Shown one piece after another: positions 44,714 through 56,042 of a DNA stretch of 64,000 nt. The stretch covers positions 2,969,325 through 3,033,324 of the forward strand of contig OZ252113.1 in assembly GCA_965248645.1 (NCBI GenBank), given 5' to 3'. Position 1 is the first letter of the stretch. Every line of letters begins with the position of its first letter. A model generated the notes under the pieces. The model was given only the letters and a program-made list of their open reading frames with translations, made no database searches and had not been told where the DNA came from. This stretch comes from Acidobacteriota bacterium (lineage in GTDB: Bacteria; Acidobacteriota; UBA6911; RPQK01; G965248645). Position numbers and translations under genes: made by a program.

Positions 44714-45019
44714 TCAGCCCCCTGTCGGCTGCCCTGAGACGTATTTTCCAATCAGGTAGCAGGGGTAGACCCTGGGAAGTGGTGCCGTGAGGACTGCATC
44801 CCTGATAGTTTGGAGTGCATCTTCCACCCGCAGATCCGCCTTGTGCATCAGGAAGTCGATTTCCCGACGGATGTTAGGCTTTGTCAGGTTCTCACTGCCG
44901 ATGACGCGGACCGATGGGTAGGAAGTCTTGTAGGACACCAAGGCGTCCTGTGTGGCATTGCCCCTGTTTTCAACGTATTCACTGACGAAGTGTTGTTGTT
45001 TATTGGTAAGTCGTCTCAT
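44714..45019 (-). pseudogene. Phage terminase small subunit-like (probably truncated)
   Basis: LTNKQQHFVSEY..GNATQ.A..Y..GSENLTKPNI. Confidence 0.75.
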
Positions 45020-45515
45020 ATCCGGGCTTTAGGGATTCTCCAAATTATCTCATACTCAGGTATGTTGGCCGAGCCGATAGCCTGGATGCTGCGGTCGAAA
45101 ATACCAGAATATATAGGTGTAGGTTAAGTCTAATGGTCAAGTAGTTGTGTCCTATCGTAGTGGGATGAAAATGGGTGGAGGTGGCTCGAAGTCAGTATCC
45201 TGAAAGAGAGCAAAGGGTTGGGTGAGATTAGTCGCAGATGTAAACGCTCTGGTGGTACCTACCCGTTTGGAACCATTCGCGCGGAGTGTGGTGCATGGAG
45301 TCGTATCCATGTCCTAAAGTTTTCTAAAAGGGTATTTTAGAAAACTTGGATGACCACTAGGTGAGGGTTTTATACCATTGCACAGTTTGATCAACTGACC
45401 CACTGACAACCTTTACATGCAAAAGTAGGCCGGCCGAAGTCGTCACCAATAGGCTCCTCCTTCGGGGCTTTGGCAGCTTCACCCTCAACCGACTGGGCTG
45501 TCAAACCAGAAATGA

Positions 45516-46583
45516 TCATCCGTACTTCGCTCGCAGCCGGTGAGCCGCTTCGACTTCGTTCTTCAATTTAATGTAGACCTCATCAAGACTGACCAGGGCG
45601 CCGGAACCCGGTGCAAAGCCACAGTCCGGGTTCAGTGTGATCCGTTCGGGAGCCAGATATTCGAGCGTCTTCTCGACGCGCTCCACGATGGACTCCACCG
45701 AATCGATCTGGCCCGGCTCACAACTAACACACCCGAGGCCAATTTCGAAATCTTCCCGCAGCTGACCGAATACCGCCACATCGCCAGATTCTGGTGTGGT
45801 AAATTCCATGGTCAGTTGATGGACGTCCAGGCGATTCAACTGCTTGATAATGAGACCATAACCACCGCTGTGCCGGGCCTCTCCGCGCGCGCGAGCGCCG
45901 GCGCGCCGGCACAGATGTACGGCGAATTTGACGCCTCCGCTCTTCTCCACAAGGCGGTTAGTCATGTTTACCGCGAAGTCAGCTGCTTGCTCCGGATCTT
46001 TGTACTGCTTGCGCACGGCTTCGTCGACAAACAGGCACAGGTGGGGATCATCGATTTGAATAATCGAGACTCCCTCATCTCGCAGCAACTCAACTTCACG
46101 ACACAACACGGCCACACAGTCACGAACAAAGTCCTCGCGCCTCGGGTATGCATGTGAGGACTTTGTTGGGTCCCAGAGTCTCTCGCCAAGGAGGGCCGGA
46201 GCGGGCAGGGTCGCTTTGATCTGCTTCCCCGTAATCTGCTTGAGAAAAGCAAGTTCCTGGGCAACAAAGCCTAGTTTTTTTGGCTCCAACCTGTCCACGA
46301 CCGTCGTCCAGGGTCGTCCGTCGGCCGGATTCTGACTCAGCTCAAAGCCATGTGCCAACTCGGCGATCACGCCGATATAAGATTTGCGCCACCACTCACC
46401 ATCGGTGATGACGTCCAGGCCGGCGTTCTCCTGCAATGCAACGACATAGCGTACGCCGAACTCCATCAGGCGCCGGTACTCCTCAGCCGAAACGTCTGAA
46501 TCCGCGGCGATCAGATCCTTTACGAATTGGGGGCGAGGCATTGAGCCTACAACTGAAGTAGGGAACAGGTGAGGGACGTTCAT
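45516..46583 (-). CDS. Cobalamin-independent methionine synthase II family protein
   Basis: TSVVGSMPRP, DVITDGE, IQIDDP, HLC and NPDCGF Zn-ligand motifs. Confidence 0.88.
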   Translation of the reverse strand: MNVPHLFPTSVVGSMPRPQFVKDLIAADSDVSAEEYRRLMEFGVRYVVALQENAGLDVITDGEWWRKSYIGVIAELAHGFELSQNPADGRPWTTVVDRLEPKKLGFVAQELAFLKQITGKQIKATLPAPALLGERLWDPTKSSHAYPRREDFVRDCVAVLCREVELLRDEGVSIIQIDDPHLCLFVDEAVRKQYKDPEQAADFAVNMTNRLVEKSGGVKFAVHLCRRAGARARGEARHSGGYGLIIKQLNRLDVHQLTMEFTTPESGDVAVFGQLREDFEIGLGCVSCEPGQIDSVESIVERVEKTLEYLAPERITLNPDCGFAPGSGALVSLDEVYIKLKNEVEAAHRLRAKYG

Positions 46584-47240
46584 GACCCGGCTGCCATGTC
46601 CTTCCAAAACCGGCGTGCGTATTCGAAGTCCTGCTGCGGATCAACTTCGATATACCCGCCCGGCGTATCGACATGGACCATTGGCTCACCGGCGTTCACC
46701 ATTTCTTGCAGCAGCTGAATCAGAAAGGCTTTTTCGAAAACGGCGGCTTCGTGAAACGGTCGTCCGGCATCGCGCTTGCGGCAGCGATTGTAGTGGTGCC
46801 GAAGCCTGGCAGCGCCGGCGCCAGAAAACTTGGCCACACCGATGAACTCGCCGTGGGCTTCATCCTCCTCGATATCGCGCTGGACTCGAACAATAACACC
46901 GTCTCGCACCGTGACCTTTTCTGCGTCACCCGCAGGATGCTCCGAGCGATGGCGGTAGCGGCTCAGCCATCAGATCTTCGGCGTAAAACAACGAGGCCAG
47001 GATATTGTTATTGGCCCAATCGGTGTTGTGCCGGAAGCTGAAGTACGGGTAGGTCTGGCGAACCTTGTCTATCTGATAGCCACCGATGAAGCAAATCCTG
47101 TCCATTCCGTTCTGGTAAAACGAATGCAGTGTCCAATCGAGAATCCTGCGGCCCGCCACTTCCGCAAAGCATTTTGGTGTGTCGGCAGTGGTTGGCATCA
47201 AACGGCGCCCGCTTCCTGCTCCAATGATGATGGCTCGCAT
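46580..47240 (-). pseudogene. LicC-like (phosphocholine/phosphonate-type) cytidylyltransferase, broken near 46930-46960
   Basis: IIIGAGSGRRL..PKC, NNILASL, GEFIGVAKF and YIEVD..D motifs over two frames. Confidence 0.75.
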
Positions 47241-47256
47241 CCTGATTGTGTTTCCC

Positions 47257-48565
47257 TCAGCCTTTTTCTGGAGAGTTGGGAGTCGTATTCCAGAGTAGCC
47301 CTGCAGTGATGGCAGCGGCAAATGCCCACGCAGCCCAAATGTAGATGGCAAATTCCCAGCCACCATGTTCCGGCATCTTATAGTATCCCGTGAGCTTATC
47401 GCCCAGCGCAGCTCCCATGTATCCCACGAAGTTGACGAAACCGGCGGCCGCGGCCGAAGTGCCGCGTCTGGCTAGGTCGGCGGGTGCCGTGCCCACTAGA
47501 AGCACCTGGGGACCAAAGATACAAAAACCGATGAGCAGCAGGAGAAACACGGTACCGATCACACTGGTTCGGGCGACGCTCTCATACATCAGAGTCAGCA
47601 ACCCCAATCCTACCAAAAGAATGCAAATGACCGGGGCTCGTCTCCTTTCAAAAAAGCGATCGGTCGCCCAGCCAGCAACAAAAGATCCGGCAATGGCGCC
47701 GAGGGGTAGGACAACATATTTTAGCGCTGCTACCCCAACACCACTTTCCTGTACTTCTACCAAATGTGTAATTCCCCAATCCACGAAACCGTATCGACAG
47801 GCGTTGAGTAGTCCCAGCAGAAAGGGCGAGCAGCCACAGCGACGGGTTAAAGATGGTGAGGAGAAGATTTGCGATCAGTGAGCTCCTGTCCTTGCCTAGT
47901 GTCGCGGATGACTCAGCGGACTCGTGCGCTGTGTCCTCCGGAGACTCTCGCAGGAAAAGGAGCATGAGAGCCGCCACCGCCAAGATAGCAGCGGGCACAT
48001 ACAGGGCCGCACGCCAGCCTAGAAACTCGACCGACACTCCGGAAACAAGAAACGTCAGTCCAAGCGTCAGCTGGTAGCCTGTCCCCACAATCCCGATGGC
48101 CCGGCCGCGGCGGTGAACGGGAATCCAGTTGGCCAGGATGCGCACGCACGGGGTCCAGCCCAGCGACTGAAAGTAACCGTTGCATGCCCACACAAACAGT
48201 AAGAAATAAAAGGCGGTGCCCAGGCCATAGAGAACATTTAGGGCCGCCGAACAGAGCATGCCAATCGCTAGCAGGAGCCGCGGCCGCAACCGCTCTGAGA
48301 GCTGGCCGTTCACCAGTTGTCCGATCCCGTAAGTGATCTTGAGCGATCCTAGGATTGTCCCCACATAGTCGCTAGTGAGACTCAAGCCACCTTCCGTGAC
48401 AGGTGCCATCATTCCGGGAACCGCTGCGGCCAGGTTTGCCCGGCAAAAGTAGAAGGCCCCATAGGTCGGCCAGATGACCCAGATCACCTGGTTCTCTCTG
48501 GACCATGCAGCCTTTTCAGCTGGCGGCAAAGCGGATTCTTGTGCCCGATATCCTTGTGATGCCAT
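47257..48565 (-). pseudogene. MFS transporter (GlpT/OPA-like), frameshift near 47810
   Basis: YGAFYFCRAN, NGYFQSLGW, RRGRAIG and AAAGFVN motifs over two frames. Confidence 0.8.
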
Positions 48566-48586
48566 CGCCTCGGTGTTTCAGGACAG

Positions 48587-49853
48587 TGACCTTGCCCCCT
48601 AAAACGAGTCCAGTTTGAATGTTAGGATTTCCGGTTTAGGAAGGAGGCAAGGATGGCAGGGAAGCGGTTTAGGGCAGAACAGATCATCATGAAGCTGCGT
48701 GAGGCAGAGGTGGGTCTGGCCCAAGGACAGAGGGTGGGACAGGTGTCGAAGCAGATGGGGGTGAGCGAGCAGACCTACTACCGGTGGCGCAAAGAGTACG
48801 GAGGGCTCCGGTTGGACCAGGCCAAGAGGTTGAAGGTGTTGGAGAAGGAGAATACCCGGTTGAAGAAGCTGGTGGCGGATCTGTCTTTGGACAAGCAGAT
48901 CCTGAAGGAAGTGTCCTCGGGAAACTTCTAGGCCCGGCGAACAGGAGACGAGCGGTGATGTGGGTACGAGAGCGATTAGGAGCAGAGCGAGTCTCCGAAC
49001 GTCGGGCCTGCCAAGTGCTGGGACAGGTTCGATCGACCCAGCGAAGGGAAAGGCAAATTCCCGATGATGAGGCCCGATTGGTGGCCCGGATGGTGGAGTT
49101 GGCTACGCAATACGGGCGTTATGGCTACCGGCGGGTCACGGCGATACTTCATGGGGAAGGGTGGAAGGTGAATCCTAAGCGGGTGGAGAGGCTGTGGAGA
49201 CAAGAAGGGCTGAAAGTCCCGTCCAGACAGCCGAAACGAAGGAGACTGTGGCTTAATGACGGTTCCTGTGTTCGGTTACGAGCGGCTCGCAAAAACCACG
49301 TCTGGAGCTATGATTTCGTGCATGAACGGACCCATGATGGGCGAGCCTTTCGGCTATTGACGATCCTGGATGAGTACACCAGAGAGTGCCTCGCCATTGA
49401 TGTGAAACGGCAGATGAATCACCAAGACGTGTTGGACCGGTTGGCGGAGTTACTCGTTGATCGGGGAGTGCCTGAGTTTATCCGGTCCGATAACGGATCA
49501 GAGTTTACGGCACAGGCGGTCCGGGACTGGCTGCAGGCTGTTGGGGTAAGGACCTTGTACATCGAGCCGGGCAGCCCCTGGGAGAATGGGTACATTGAGA
49601 GTTTCAACGGGAAACTACGGGATGAGCTGCTGAACATGGAGATCTTCGACACGCTTGGGGAAGCCAAGGTGTTGGTAGAACGCTGGCGAAGGGATTACAA
49701 TCAGATCCGGCCTCACAGCGCCTTGGCCTATCGGCCGCCGGCACCAGAGGCCAAACTACCTAGGTCTCAGGAGTTCAGTTCTATCCCGTGCAGGGCACTT
49801 CAAATGGCTCCGAGTCAACATTAGAGGGTGGACTCGTTCGTGGGGGCAGGTCA
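48587..49853 (+). mobile_element. IS3-family element, copy 2 (orfA 48653-48931, orfB to 49824)
   Basis: TGACC..GGTCA TIRs; near-identical to 31950-33217 in inverted orientation. Confidence 0.95.
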
Positions 49854-50165
49854 CGCCTGGACCGCGATGTAGGGCCGTCCCAGGCATAGTTCCCCTTCAA
49901 TGTCAGCACCCTGCGGTGGCCCAGTATACAAACTCCGTCTTGATGTCTATCGCAGGTGTCACGCTGACCGTGCCGGTATAGCTTCCCACCAATTAGTATT
50001 CATATCCGCTTCTGTACGAAATCTTGGGTTGTGCTAGGGTTCCTCCCTTTTCTATACCCTGTCCCTTCTCATGTTTAGTCTGCCGTCTCCGCCCCATCGT
50101 CTCAAGCTCGGTCGAAGTGGTCCACAAAAAGAAGTTGGACGATGGCTCGGCGGCGGAAAACCCAC

Positions 50166-50320
50166 CTCCCGCAGGAAGCGTCTCCTCGCAATAGGGTTGA
50201 GCTCCATCTACTCCGGCAGGAACTTCAGCTCCACCTTGCGGTCCAGTGTGGTGTCCTCGGCAAGGTAGACCTCCCCCATCCCTCCTTCGCCAAGTTTTCC
50301 AAGAATCTTGCAGTGAGACT
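50166..50320 (-). pseudogene. Ser/Thr (Hanks) kinase N-terminal fragment
   Basis: [39 protein letters not shown]. Confidence 0.8.
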
Positions 50321-50443
50321 CATCCGACACCTCCCCAGGCCGCGAAATCTCCCCTAAATAATAGGGAATTATATACGATCCTAACCAAAAACGTCGCCCC
50401 TAGCCCTTGATTGTTTCAGGGAGGGGCGAATAGACTGTGCGAG

Positions 50444-50510
50444 TGGAGACGGAGGGATTCGAACCCTCGGCTGGCAGATTTGGAGTCCTCAGCCGCGCCA
50501 AGCCGCCCCC
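50444..50510 (-). ncRNA. D-arm-less tRNA-like RNA, copy 2
   Basis: Identical to 12264-12330. Confidence 0.7.
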
Positions 50511-50741
50511 GCAGAGCGGCCCCGGAATGCTTATACGACAAAGCTAATCCTGGGGCCGCTTCTCTTTTTAGTCAGTGAAAATTGCTAGGACGGGTTTGGT
50601 CGTGCCCATCTAGCAGTTTTCGGCGGGGGTTGTTTAGCGACTCCCGCCACATGAATAAACCCATCCATCATATTCGCTCACTCCGACACGTCAAAAACGT
50701 CACCCCTATTGGTTAGAATAGTTCCTAAAAGGAGATTAGGA

Positions 50742-51683
50742 ATGGCTCAAAAAGCACCTGGAAAATCCCACAGAAAAGGGTTGTCGATAGTGGAGGTTAT
50801 GCGGATGTTCCCCGACGATTCCACCGCCGAGAAGTGGATCGAGAAAACACGCTGGCCGAATGGGGTTGCATGCCCTCACTGTGGATCGGTGAATGTTCAA
50901 ACCGGAGCCAAGCACCCGGATATGTCGTATCGTTGCCGGGATTGCCGTAAGTTCTTTTCCGTCCGCACCGGAACGGCCATGCAGAACTCAAATCTGGGAG
51001 CTCAGATCTGGGTACTGGCCTCCTATCTTCTCTCCACGGGGATCAAAGGTACTTCCAGTATGAAGCTACACCGCGACCTCGGAATCACCCAAAAATCCGC
51101 TTGGCATCTGGCGCACCGAATCAGAGAATCCTGGACAAAGGATAAGGGACTTTTCTCAGGTCCGGTTGAAGTAGACGAAACATACATCGGTGGCAAGGAG
51201 AAGAACAAGCGAAACTCCAAAAAGGTCAATGCCGGTCGCGGACCAGTTGGCAAAACTCCGGTGGCTGGTGCCAAGGATCGGGAAACCAACCGTGTCAGTG
51301 CCACCGTCATCCAGGGAACTACCCAGGATGAGCTAGAAGGCTTTATCCAGGATCGTGTCGAGCCCGGATCCACCGTCTACACAGACGATCACGGGGGTTA
51401 CAATCGGCTCTGGCTGGATTTCAACCACGCCTCTGTCCGTCACAGCGTCAGGGAATTTGTGAAGGGTCAGGCCCACACCAACGGCATTGAATCCTTCTGG
51501 GCCATGCTCAAGCGGGGCTACTACGGAACCTATCACCGCATGAGCGAGAAGCACCTGCAACGGTATGTCAATGAGTTTTCCGGTCGCCACAACATCCGCT
51601 CCCTGGATACCATCGACCAGATGGCCTCAGTAGCGAAGGGCATGGACGGGAAGCGGTTGCGGTATCGGGATCTGGTGGGGTGA
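50742..51683 (+). CDS. IS1595-family transposase, copy 2
   Basis: Same translation as 12562-13503. Confidence 0.95.
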   Translation: MAQKAPGKSHRKGLSIVEVMRMFPDDSTAEKWIEKTRWPNGVACPHCGSVNVQTGAKHPDMSYRCRDCRKFFSVRTGTAMQNSNLGAQIWVLASYLLSTGIKGTSSMKLHRDLGITQKSAWHLAHRIRESWTKDKGLFSGPVEVDETYIGGKEKNKRNSKKVNAGRGPVGKTPVAGAKDRETNRVSATVIQGTTQDELEGFIQDRVEPGSTVYTDDHGGYNRLWLDFNHASVRHSVREFVKGQAHTNGIESFWAMLKRGYYGTYHRMSEKHLQRYVNEFSGRHNIRSLDTIDQMASVAKGMDGKRLRYRDLVG

Positions 51684-51886
51684 TTAGTGAGGACTAGGAT
51701 TCCTCGCGGAGGGCACGGTTGTCTAATGCCAGCTTTGCGTACTCGTCCGCGCTCATCCAATCACTCCCTTCCGGTATAGGAGTATCCACACGGATAGGCA
51801 TAAATGGGCCTATTCTCCGGCAGATTCTCTCAAAATTCTCTGCAGCGCCCTTGAGCCTATCAAGAGGCTTAGATGCACTGAAATCC

Positions 51887-52765
51887 TCAAATTCCGACAT
51901 AAAATGCCTCCTCCTTACTCTCTACAGCTTTGCAGGCGTGTTGTGAAACGTAACCATCCGTCCGCGCATATAGTTCATACATATTTTCCCATAAAGTTTT
52001 ATGAACGTCTAGGTCCTCTACCTTAAGGTCGCACCCCTTTGCTTCTGTGGCGAAAATAGGGCGACCGTGTGCCAAAGTTCCTGCTTCTGGATCTAAAAAT
52101 ACCTTAATCGCAGCCTTAATCTCATCGTCAGTCTTACCGTTTAGCATTCCGCTACTGAGAACCTTCACGGCTATACTATCGGCCAACGCTATTAGGGATC
52201 TGCAGGAATTGATCTCTCGGTCGTCATAATTGGCGAGCTGCTGGATATACGGCTCTAGGTGGCCGGTCGCAACAACGGCTTCCTTGAAAAGGCGATCATA
52301 CCCTTGGACTAGTCCATACGCAGAGAAGCCACGCCGGACCCCATTCTCTTCTTTGATTATCTGTGGGTCTACTGGCCCTAGTTCCGAGGAGACGGCCATT
52401 AGGATCTTTGACGCTCCCATGCAAATTATGGTCGCAGCCGACTTCGCCTTACCCGGAACGATTGCCAAATAGTCTCCTGTGCCACTGTAGGAGCGGCACG
52501 TATTTACGATTCTCTCCGCAGCGAGTCCGTCTCCCCCGGGCGATGAAAGCATCAGCGCTAAGCCGTTAGATAAGTCTAGGCCCTGCAAGACGCTTTGAAG
52601 CATGTTGCAGTCAGCGTCGCTTATCGAGGCGAGGTGTTTGAAGCTCGTAAAGAAGGTAACGAGTGCGCGCCCTTCCAGGTGCTTTTCTACCGCAGAGAAG
52701 AGTTGCTTTCTGGTCTCTGGTGTTTGGCTCTGCTCGCCAAAAACCGTCTTATAGACATTTTTCAT
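51887..52765 (-). CDS. ClpP-fold serine protease passenger, copy 2
   Basis: Same translation as 13707-14585. Confidence 0.85.
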   Translation of the reverse strand: MKNVYKTVFGEQSQTPETRKQLFSAVEKHLEGRALVTFFTSFKHLASISDADCNMLQSVLQGLDLSNGLALMLSSPGGDGLAAERIVNTCRSYSGTGDYLAIVPGKAKSAATIICMGASKILMAVSSELGPVDPQIIKEENGVRRGFSAYGLVQGYDRLFKEAVVATGHLEPYIQQLANYDDREINSCRSLIALADSIAVKVLSSGMLNGKTDDEIKAAIKVFLDPEAGTLAHGRPIFATEAKGCDLKVEDLDVHKTLWENMYELYARTDGYVSQHACKAVESKEEAFYVGI

Positions 52766-54360
52766 CCGTCCAGCCTAATCAGATTTCGCTGCCCCCCTCT
52801 GAGACACTACCCCAGAATGTACTTACAGAGGAGTTTGCCTCATGGGTTGTCTAACTTAGGGATAAGGGTGTCAAGCCCTATTCTATGGTTGACGCTGAGG
52901 CTGTTCGGGGCTAGTATCTGAGCATGGATTCTGACACGATGAAGGAAAAGGAACCGAAGGAGAATCCGAAACGAGGCCGACCAGTCAAGCGGTCGATGCC
53001 AGAACCCATCCCAGACACGCCCGAGAACATCATGCGGTCGATCCTGAACACCCCACCTAAGAAGCGCGACGAATGGGCCTACCTCAAGAACTAGCCATAA
53101 ATGGCTGCTCCCTACCTTGCTCTGGGGAGTGGCGTGGTCAATAGTAGAGGGAGCTAGTGCGGTAGGGATCAGTCACGATTCTTAGTTAAGAATTCGTGGC
53201 CATTCCACGTCAGATTAAAAATTTCATAAGCAGGAGCCTGATCCAATCCCAAACTATGCCTATTAACGTGAAGGAACCCCGCCTAACTACACAGCCCAAT
53301 GTGGTAATGAATCTGGACCTCTGAAAATTCTTCAAAGCTGGGAGCCCTTAAAGAAGACCCGTCTGCCTTTTCCTTAGCGTAGCGAAGAATCATAAAAATC
53401 AGCCTCATTTCTCGATTCATGGGAAACATTGTAACAGATTGGAAGGGTTCGCCATGCTACGCCAGATCTACATCTTTGACAATCCAAATTATATCAAACC
53501 GACCACCCGTCCCGTTTGGTTAGGATCGTATATAATTCCCATAAGAAACGGGTTTGGGCTTTTTCGAGACCAGACTATCACATTCCGATTGCCGAATCTG
53601 AAGCCAAACAGGACTAGAAACCGTATAAAATATTTCTTTCTCCTGGGTCCTATATACGAAGGCGACGGGGGTGAGGGGTTGGGATAACCTGGACTGACTT
53701 CCATGAGTTCTCTCAGTCTGTTAACGACATGAGTTTTCGAGTGTGATAATAGCTTTATCTAGATTGCTGCAGCCTGTTCCCTCAAATGAGCTGTTCGCCC
53801 GAAGAACATGACCCCGCAGGGGAGCATCGAGTGTGATCAGTTCCATGTAGGGGTATCGCATAAGAATGGATAATGTCTGCTAAAACATGGTCTGTTCATT
53901 TTTTATCGCGGTTTCCAACTAAGCTCTAGAAAACGAACTGATTTCCAGGCCTATTCCAAGTCAGCATCCGGGAGAGGAGAATTGACCTGGTTGAGCTTCT
54001 CTACTTGGCTGAGGTCTATGATAAGCTGCTTGAGTACTTTTTCCTACTGAGCTAAGAGTATAGGGCGGATTGACTTCGCGATAATCCTTCAGCCAGGTGC
54101 TCTCGTAGACCAACCCGCGGCTCACGTCTTGCACACTCAGTGTGGTAAACCTGTGAATCGGGCTGAGGATCGGCCACCCAACTATCTGAGCTAGCAAAAC
54201 TTCTACCTCTTTGCACTGAAGGAGTGCATCGGCTCACACCCTCACTCCCTCCTTAACTGCACTACGGTTCCGCTGACGGGTCCCAACCGCGCGACCCATA
54301 TTAAGCCAACCTGCCCAGTCGACAGCTTTGGGGTTAGCTCCGGTTTCCGTAGCGTACACG

Positions 54361-55953
54361 TCAGACTCCCTCCTTTGGGGAGTAGTTGAGGATAGAGGGA
54401 TAAGAACCATACTCCACGATAACTTCCACATCTTCGACCCGGAGAGGACTCACCAAACCTGCGGCCCTTCCATCCAGCACAAACTCCAGCAGGTTCTGGC
54501 CCCGGCGGGGACGCACCTTGCGCAAATAAAACTCCAGCCACTGACCATTATAGGGAGCGATAGGTGAGCCATAATCGCGCAGACAGGTCTCCTCGGCCAA
54601 GGACTTCCCATTGAGCAAGATCCTCAGCCGGTCGGCCGAGACCAAATCGGTAATGTTGATTCGTAGCCGCACTTGGCGGATGCGCTCGGCAGTCCCTTCG
54701 ATGTCGTCGGCGATGCGGAAAGCGATCTTGTGCGTGCTCCGGTCCGAGGCGGCGATCTCCAGCGGCAAGGAGGTCGGGTAGCCGACCAGTCCGGCGATCT
54801 TGAGGCTTCGCTTGACCAAATAGTGTTTGTCGGCTTCCCGAACTAGATCCGGGTCGCCCAGCTCCGAGAGAATCCGGCGGGCAGTATCCCCCAGCGGCCA
54901 CCGAAGAAACCAGCCGTACATACCATCGGCCCCTAGGGCCCAGTAGTTGGCCACTGCCGCGCGTATCATCTCCGGCGTTGCCCACTCTTGCGTGTGGAGT
55001 TCACGCTCCGCGCTGTGATGATAGGGCTGGATCATGGCGTAGACTGAGGTCTCGCCCTGGTGAGCAGCCTCGATCAGCCAGTCGATGGGCATCTGGCTAT
55101 CCACTAGCATGTAGCCATAGACCATGGGGACCACATAGTCGAGTAAGCCCTCGGCGAACCAGCTACGCACATCCAGACCACACTTACGGTTGAGGGCCTC
55201 GGTAGGATAGACCCGAGCTCCCACCTGACCCGGTTTTCCTGGCCGGTTACGCACCATTTCCGAGACTTTCCTGATCCATTGGGTCATCACCGGTGTATAG
55301 GCTTCGACGTCTTCCTCTCTGAAGTAATAGGAGGCGCCATAGGGCGGGGCGGCCAGGTCCAGCTCAACCCCTTCGGTTGGATAGTCCTTGGCCAGTTCCT
55401 CCAGTACCGCAAACTGATGGTCCCGTACCTCGGGATGAACGAAACCCCGCCCCCCCGACTTGAGCTGGTGGGCCGGATCCATACCCCCATAGCTGCCCAG
55501 ACGCAAACTGGCAAAGAAGTCCATGCCTTTCTCGTGGGCCCGGTCGATCAAGACCGTCAGCGGATCTAGACCCTGGTCGATCAAACTCTGCATGTTGTGC
55601 CAGGCTCGCCAGTAGGCCGCCTTCGGGAAGGCGGTTGCATCCCCTCCATACTTGAAGCGTTTGCCCACCTTTGAGGGATAAAAGAGACCGTCTCCTCGCG
55701 CCACCCCGTAGGTGAAAGTATCTACAGCGGTCCCCGCTACTTCATCGACGGGACGCCAGGCATCCTCCATCTTCATGGGTGGCTCGAAGACGTACAGATA
55801 GTAGTGGCGGGCATCATTGAAATAGATCGTCCGCCGTTTCCGGGTGGCTGAACTCTCCCTTCTGGGGTTGGCCACTGCCTTTTCCCCCTTGAGCTTTAAA
55901 GCGGCTGCCGTGACAGCTGTTCCTTGTATGAATCTTCTTCGTGTCATGCCCAT
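54361..55953 (-). CDS. Tat-exported GHL10/DUF187-like TIM-barrel protein
   Basis: TRRRFIQG signal; YFND, DFFASLR and EGVELD motifs. Confidence 0.7.
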   Translation of the reverse strand: MGMTRRRFIQGTAVTAAALKLKGEKAVANPRRESSATRKRRTIYFNDARHYYLYVFEPPMKMEDAWRPVDEVAGTAVDTFTYGVARGDGLFYPSKVGKRFKYGGDATAFPKAAYWRAWHNMQSLIDQGLDPLTVLIDRAHEKGMDFFASLRLGSYGGMDPAHQLKSGGRGFVHPEVRDHQFAVLEELAKDYPTEGVELDLAAPPYGASYYFREEDVEAYTPVMTQWIRKVSEMVRNRPGKPGQVGARVYPTEALNRKCGLDVRSWFAEGLLDYVVPMVYGYMLVDSQMPIDWLIEAAHQGETSVYAMIQPYHHSAERELHTQEWATPEMIRAAVANYWALGADGMYGWFLRWPLGDTARRILSELGDPDLVREADKHYLVKRSLKIAGLVGYPTSLPLEIAASDRSTHKIAFRIADDIEGTAERIRQVRLRINITDLVSADRLRILLNGKSLAEETCLRDYGSPIAPYNGQWLEFYLRKVRPRRGQNLLEFVLDGRAAGLVSPLRVEDVEVIVEYGSYPSILNYSPKEGV

Positions 55954-56042
55954 TGCTTTTTCCCCTTAAAAGTTTGAATGTCAAGTTTCAGGCGACCAGC
56001 CCCGTCTCTTGAGATCGGAAGCGACTGACAAAGAAGACCACT

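Larger units (their letters stand above)
50364..53540 (+). mobile_element. IS1595 (ISNwi1-group) transporter IS, copy 2
   Basis: Same TIRs and content as copy 1 at offset +38180; one difference seen (53089 A vs 14909 G). Confidence 0.93.

Noticed and set aside
31950-49853. Composite transposon or inversion between the inverted IS3 copies
   Set aside because: No outer target duplication, and the tRNA-Arg att repeats remain in direct orientation across one copy.
54255-54355. Possible structured RNA or riboswitch on the minus strand (GCTACGG...CCGTAGT)
   Set aside because: Only weak pairing, and no riboswitch consensus could be matched by eye.
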